Source: Candidatus Cloacimonadales bacterium
GTDB taxonomy: Bacteria > Cloacimonadota > Cloacimonadia > Cloacimonadales > JAFGVF01
Direction: 5' to 3'
DNA: 64,000 bases
NCBI GenBank assembly: GCA_963667035.1
Contig: OY762964.1
Location: 96,001 to 160,000 of the forward strand
Part shown: piece by piece, positions 59,581-64,000 of the stretch
Position numbering within the stretch: position 1 is the first letter of the stretch
Layout of the letters: every line of letters begins with the position of its first letter
Notes under the pieces: generated by a model
What the model was told of the DNA's origin: nothing
Databases searched by the model: none
What the model saw: the letters and a program-made list of their open reading frames with translations, nothing else
Program-made: the position numbers and the translations under genes

Positions 59581-60183
59581 TTAACATTTAAACTCGTCTT
59601 TGATTACAATCTCTAAGGAACTATCCCTCTCCGGATTAAAGCTAACAGAGAAACCTACATCAATTGTATTCTTTAGATACTTATGTAATTGGGGACTATT
59701 CTCTTCAAAGGATGCAATCAATCTTCTGAAGGTGTTGTACATACTGTGGTTGACTTTCCTGATAAATGAATCCAAGTATTTCTCTTTACAGGTCATACTA
59801 CCTATAAGATTGCCAATCTTATTCATTTTATCCCTATAATATTCAGCTTCAACATCTGAGTTTTCCATACTCTTCTGCCAACGCTCTTCTTCCAGTTCTT
59901 TGTAGATACTATACAATAAACGACCACAAGCTTGTTCTTCTTCCGCCATTTTGTAACACCTTTTTATATAGTCTCCCCGCATTACATTCAGATAATCAAG
60001 ATAGGGAATAGGGTTGACATCAAAAGCTTTGAAGAGTAGATTTAGTCGTGACATCGGAATTGATTGTCCGGGATGTATAAGTACTTCAATAAAATATTGA
60101 ATTACTTCCACTTTGAGAAAGATAGGAAACGGGTGTTCCTGTGTTAAGATATACCCATGACCTATAGTAATTACATAAATCAC
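59581..60183 (-). CDS. Hypothetical protein (200 aa)
   Basis: GTG start after GGGAGG; terminator hairpin ATGGCGACCG-ATATA-CGGTCGCCAT at ~59546-59570. Confidence 0.75.
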   Translation of the reverse strand: MIYVITIGHGYILTQEHPFPIFLKVEVIQYFIEVLIHPGQSIPMSRLNLLFKAFDVNPIPYLDYLNVMRGDYIKRCYKMAEEEQACGRLLYSIYKELEEERWQKSMENSDVEAEYYRDKMNKIGNLIGSMTCKEKYLDSFIRKVNHSMYNTFRRLIASFEENSPQLHKYLKNTIDVGFSVSFNPERDSSLEIVIKDEFKC

Positions 60184-60288
60184 GATATCCTCCCAATGAG
60201 GGTAAAAGAGTTATAGTCTTGAGATGAGGATACGCTTTAACGATTTACGGGTTTGGGCAGTGAATCCTTAACAACTACCCTTATCTCC

Positions 60289-60387
60289 CTATGAATGCGA
60301 CGACAAATGTTTTAAATCCAAGGCTGGATTTACCGTTGTTAAAGAAGCCACAACGGGCCATAAAATTACGGCATAACAATTGCTCAT
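60289..60387 (-). CDS. Possible 32-aa small ORF or leader peptide
   Basis: Strong RBS AAGGAGGAG and upstream TTGACA; MSNCYAVILWPVVASLTTVNPALDLKHLSSHS*. Confidence 0.35.
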   Translation of the reverse strand: MSNCYAVILWPVVASLTTVNPALDLKHLSSHS

Positions 60388-60526
60388 AACTCCTCCTTTA
60401 TAATATAATGCTATTTTTGTACAAATCGTTTGGATTGTCAAATAGAATATTTATGTCTAAAATGTTGGATGGTATAAGAAAGCACAACATGTACGATAAC
60501 TCCCTTTAGTTGCTGTGATGAGAAAA

Positions 60527-61155
60527 TATAGCTCTGTGAGCTATGTGCAAGTGGGGGTGCTTACACTACAAACCGGGACCGCAGGCTTCTAGCCGGCAAC
60601 TCTTTGCGAACAGGATGTTGGTGTTCCTACAAGATGCGAGCTGGAAGCTCGCGTACCCAGTAAGATGTCTGCGTTCCTGCAAGATGCGAGCTGGAAGCTC
60701 GCGTACCCGGTAAGATTCAGACTGGATATTCGACCCCTTTAGGGTCGGTGTTTATTGGGTATCCGCTACCATGGGTTAAAACCCATGGCTATTAATAGGC
60801 TATCCCTTCAGGATAAATAACAAGGATTCAAAAGTATAAGAACCATAGCTACTATCAGGTTTTACCTTCAGGATTGTGATATTAGTACTGCAACTCCCCT
60901 GAGTTGCTGTGACGACGAAGTCGGCAGATATAAAAGTTCAGTTAATCAACTAAAGAATATTTGGAAAGGGATATAGCTCTGCGAGCTATGTGCAAGTGGG
61001 TGCTTGCACTACAAACCGGGACCGCCGGCTTCTAGCCGGCAACTCTTTGCGAACAGGATGTTGGTGTTCCTACAAGATGCGAGCTGGAAGCTCGCGTACC
61101 CGGTAAGATGTCTGCGTTCCGGCAAGATGCGAGCAGGATGCTCGCGTACCCGGTA
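60527..61155 (+). repeat. Composite repeat block A-B-C-A (unit A copies 3 and 4)
   Basis: Unit A at 60527-60713 and 60972-61155; B at 60731-60814; C from 60878. Confidence 0.9.
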
Positions 61156-61233
61156 GGATGGAGATATTTGTACTGCAATTAATTCATAAGTTATTAATCA
61201 AACAGTAATAAAAAATTTGACCTCCCACATGCC

Positions 61234-61272
61234 TTAACATAGAATTAACTAAATCTTAATTGCCAATTAACA
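61234..61272 (+). promoter_or_regulatory. Pho-box-like direct repeats
   Basis: TTAACA/TTAACT/TTAATT/TTAACA at 61234, 61245, 61256, 61267 (exact 11-bp period) upstream of the response regulator. Confidence 0.75.
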
Positions 61273-61320
61273 GCTGATTAGTATTTTTAACTGAAAAGAC
61301 TAAAACAAAGCGGTAGGAAT

Positions 61321-62016
61321 ATGGAAAACAAAAAACTAATATTCATTGTTGAGGATGAGGAAGATATCAGAGAATTGATATCATTACATTTGCAGGATGC
61401 CGGATTCCAGACCGAAGGGTTTGAAACCGGAAAAGAGATGTTTGCAAGACTTGAAGATGATATGCCTGACCTCTTAATGTTGGATTTAATGCTACCCGAT
61501 ATGGATGGAATGGACATTTGCCGCCATATTCGTCAATCCGGTAAATACGAACAGTTACCAATCATTATGCTTACTGCAAGAACCGATATTACTGATAAAG
61601 TTATGGGACTTGAGTTTGGAGCTGATGATTATTTAACCAAACCTTTCTCACACAAAGAGCTATTGGCAAGAATTAAAGCTATTCTGAGAAGAACAAAGCA
61701 CGTTCCTAAGAAAAGTATTTCGGAAGACATTCTTAAAATGGACAAGAACAGATTTGAAGTTTATGTACATGGCGAGAAAATCGACTTAACAACAACAGAA
61801 TTCAAGATACTGGAACTGCTTTTATCAAGACCGGGTTGGGTATTCTCTCGTGAAAAGATTTTAGATTTTCTGTGGGGAACCGATAAGATAGTTATCGATA
61901 GAACAGTCGATGTGCATATACGCCATTTAAGACAGAAAATGGGCGAGTTGAGTTCAAATATCAAAAATGTTAGAGGGATTGGTTACAAATATGACCCTGA
62001 GAAAACTGTCGATTAG
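61321..62016 (+). CDS. phoB: OmpR/PhoB-family response regulator
   Basis: IVEDEE, LDLMLPDMDG, GADDYLTKPF, LTTTEF, RTVDVHIRHLR, VRGIGY. Confidence 0.8.
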   Translation: MENKKLIFIVEDEEDIRELISLHLQDAGFQTEGFETGKEMFARLEDDMPDLLMLDLMLPDMDGMDICRHIRQSGKYEQLPIIMLTARTDITDKVMGLEFGADDYLTKPFSHKELLARIKAILRRTKHVPKKSISEDILKMDKNRFEVYVHGEKIDLTTTEFKILELLLSRPGWVFSREKILDFLWGTDKIVIDRTVDVHIRHLRQKMGELSSNIKNVRGIGYKYDPEKTVD

Positions 62017-63709
62017 AAACAAAATATTCATAAGCTATCTCTTTATTGCTTTAATACTGTCGGTTCTGGTAGTTATTATCGGAAGTAACATACTCAACAG
62101 TAATTACATCGATATTCTGACAGAAGAGCTCAACGAGCAGAATAAACAAGTTGAGAAGATTATTCTTACGAATAGAGATGATATTGATAAAGAATTGCAG
62201 AATATCTCTAATGTTATATCCAAACGTATTACCGTTATTGATGAGAAAGGTATAGTAACTTTTGACTCCTTTGCCGACGAAGAAAAGCTTGATAATCATC
62301 TGAGTAGACCGGAGATAAAAGAAGCCTTAACCTCAGATTACGGTATTTCTATTCGGTTTAGCGATTCTGTAGGTTTCAATATGCTTTATCTGGCAAGAAG
62401 CATAAATCATCCTTTGGGAAAATACTTGAGAATTAGTGTTCCCTTAAGAGATCTAGACTCAATTCAACATAACTTTCAGATGGGTATTTTGGAAACTCTT
62501 TCCATTATCTTCTTAATAATCCTAATACTTTCATACATACTTTCAAGTCGATTCTATAAGCCTTTAAAAGAGCTAACGGAGGCTTCTAACAAAGTGGCTG
62601 AAGGCGATATGAATGTTGAAGTGCATTTTCTAACCGGAGATGAATTTGAAACCGTTGGGAATAGCTTCAATAAGATGATAAACGAAGTTAAGAGTAATGT
62701 ATATTCTATAGAGCAACAGAAAGCCGAGTTAAGCGGTATTATTACTTCATTATCAGAATGCCTTTGGGTTATTAACAAAACAGGTAAAATAGTCATTAGC
62801 AATCCTTCCTGTCAAAGAGTGTTAAAACTGTCTACAAATTCATCTGAAGGGTACTGGCATCAGATTAAAGATGCTATGATTCTGGATATGATTGGTGAAA
62901 CGCTTAATAAAAAGACAAATATAATTAAACCAATAACCCTGAATAATCAGGATTATATCTTTAGCTCATCTTATTTACATAAATATGAAAGAGCTATCTT
63001 TATTATGCAGGACGTTTCGGAAATCAAGCATGTTGAAAGAATGAAGCAAGATTTCATAGTTAATATGGCTCATGAGTTAAGAACTCCCATAACAGCTATT
63101 AAGGGGTTTGCGGAAATGCTCGAAGCTTCTGTGCCTGAAGAAAAGAAGAGATTTCTTAAGATAATAAGAAACCATTCCGACAGACTCGCTAATCTTGTGG
63201 AAGATATTCAAGTCTTGATTAACCTCGAACAGATGGGAAAACTTAATCTCGAGCAGGTAAAGCTTAAGAAGTTTGCAGATAACATCAAACAGCTTTACGA
63301 ACACAAGACATCTTCATCAACAGTAGACTTGATAGTCGAGGTTGATGAATCAATCGATGATTTCTACGGTGATATATATAAGCTTGATCAGATATTTATA
63401 AATCTGATTGATAATGCCATGCGTTATACAACTGAAGGCTTTATAAAGCTTACAATCAATAAAGAAGAATCTCTTGTAGTGTTTAGAGTTATCGACACAG
63501 GATGCGGTATTGAATCAAAGCATCTTGAAAGGCTATTCGAGAGATTCTATGTAGCCGATAAAGCCAGAAGTAGAAAGATGGGTGGAACAGGATTAGGTCT
63601 AGCTATTGTTAAGCACATTGTAATGCTTCATAATGGCTCGGTTAATGTTGCCAGTACTTTAGGAAAAGGCACTACGTTCACTATAAAGATACCGACTAAT
63701 TTGAAATGA
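61991..63709 (+). CDS. phoR: PhoR-like sensor histidine kinase
   Basis: Two TM segments, DNHLSRPEI periplasmic motif, HAMP, PAS-like region, AHELRTP, NLIDNA, DTGCGI, FERFY, GGTGLGL. Confidence 0.8.
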   Translation: MTLRKLSIRNKIFISYLFIALILSVLVVIIGSNILNSNYIDILTEELNEQNKQVEKIILTNRDDIDKELQNISNVISKRITVIDEKGIVTFDSFADEEKLDNHLSRPEIKEALTSDYGISIRFSDSVGFNMLYLARSINHPLGKYLRISVPLRDLDSIQHNFQMGILETLSIIFLIILILSYILSSRFYKPLKELTEASNKVAEGDMNVEVHFLTGDEFETVGNSFNKMINEVKSNVYSIEQQKAELSGIITSLSECLWVINKTGKIVISNPSCQRVLKLSTNSSEGYWHQIKDAMILDMIGETLNKKTNIIKPITLNNQDYIFSSSYLHKYERAIFIMQDVSEIKHVERMKQDFIVNMAHELRTPITAIKGFAEMLEASVPEEKKRFLKIIRNHSDRLANLVEDIQVLINLEQMGKLNLEQVKLKKFADNIKQLYEHKTSSSTVDLIVEVDESIDDFYGDIYKLDQIFINLIDNAMRYTTEGFIKLTINKEESLVVFRVIDTGCGIESKHLERLFERFYVADKARSRKMGGTGLGLAIVKHIVMLHNGSVNVASTLGKGTTFTIKIPTNLK

Positions 63710-64000
63710 GTTCCGAGAAGTTAATAACTAATTATTTACCGTTAGTAAGAAAGATTGCATCTCAATATAAGGATTATGGGATGCCTTATGAAGATCTTGT
63801 CCAAGAAGGACTGATAGGTCTTATGGAAGCTCAGAATTCTTTTAGAGAAGAAGAGAAAACACCCTTTGGTGCGTATGCAATTTTTTGGATAAAGAAATAT
63901 ATTTTAGCTGCGTTGGATTTGGAAACAAACACCTCATTCAACGCAGTTGAAATAAATGATAATTACACAAAACAGGAAGATATTCAAGAGATAGAAGAAG
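63706..64000 (+). CDS. Sigma-70 family RNA polymerase sigma factor, partial (missing from the ORF track)
   Basis: ATGA overlap with the phoR stop; MSSEKLITNYLPLVRKIASQYKDYGMPYEDLVQEGLIGLMEA..FGAYAIFWIK is sigma region 2. Confidence 0.85.
   Translation, partial: MSSEKLITNYLPLVRKIASQYKDYGMPYEDLVQEGLIGLMEAQNSFREEEKTPFGAYAIFWIKKYILAALDLETNTSFNAVEINDNYTKQEDIQEIEE

Noticed and set aside
58514..61155. CRISPR array or integron attC array
   Set aside because: Repeats are 130-360 bp composites of palindromes with no regular unique spacers; no cas or intI gene; no clear attC RYYYAAC/GTTRRRY ends

Overview
AT-rich bacterial chromosomal window with no rRNA, tRNA or CRISPR visible. The lineage is probably Candidatus Cloacimonadota-like (inference from NYPNPFNP-type C-terminal sorting domains, a GlmL-like protein and an Mbx-type complex). 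Contents in order: (1) 1.3-19.5 kb, a beta-1,3-glucan/laminarin utilisation locus with no SusC/SusD: GH16 lipoprotein, GPH/MFS symporter with an inserted soluble domain, GH30, GH17, two multi-module non-catalytic secreted proteins, a GH161-type phosphorylase and a divergent GntR/LacI-hybrid regulator. (2) Nested IS256/IS4 remnants, and a separate intact IS4-family element with an 11-bp target duplication. (3) EEP phosphatase, GlmL fusion, Bor-like pseudogene and a secreted beta-helix protein. (4) A fluoride riboswitch controlling a cation:proton antiporter. (5) LicD/TagD/GT and LPS-core glycosyltransferases, corA, DAK2-DegV and glutathione peroxidase. (6) A 12-gene Mrp-Mbx-like membrane oxidoreductase ending in a NuoI-GltD fusion. 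(7) An ~8-kb repeat-rich accessory island (53.1-61.2 kb): a HEPN-like gene plus a ParA/MinD double-ATPase cassette, flanked by inverted paralogous units, followed by composite REP-like repeats interleaved with single genes. (8) phoB-phoR with Pho boxes, coupled to a partial sigma-70 gene. Two families of dispersed non-coding hairpin elements with 11-bp periodic internal repeats also occur. Family assignments come from motif recognition by eye, not database searches.
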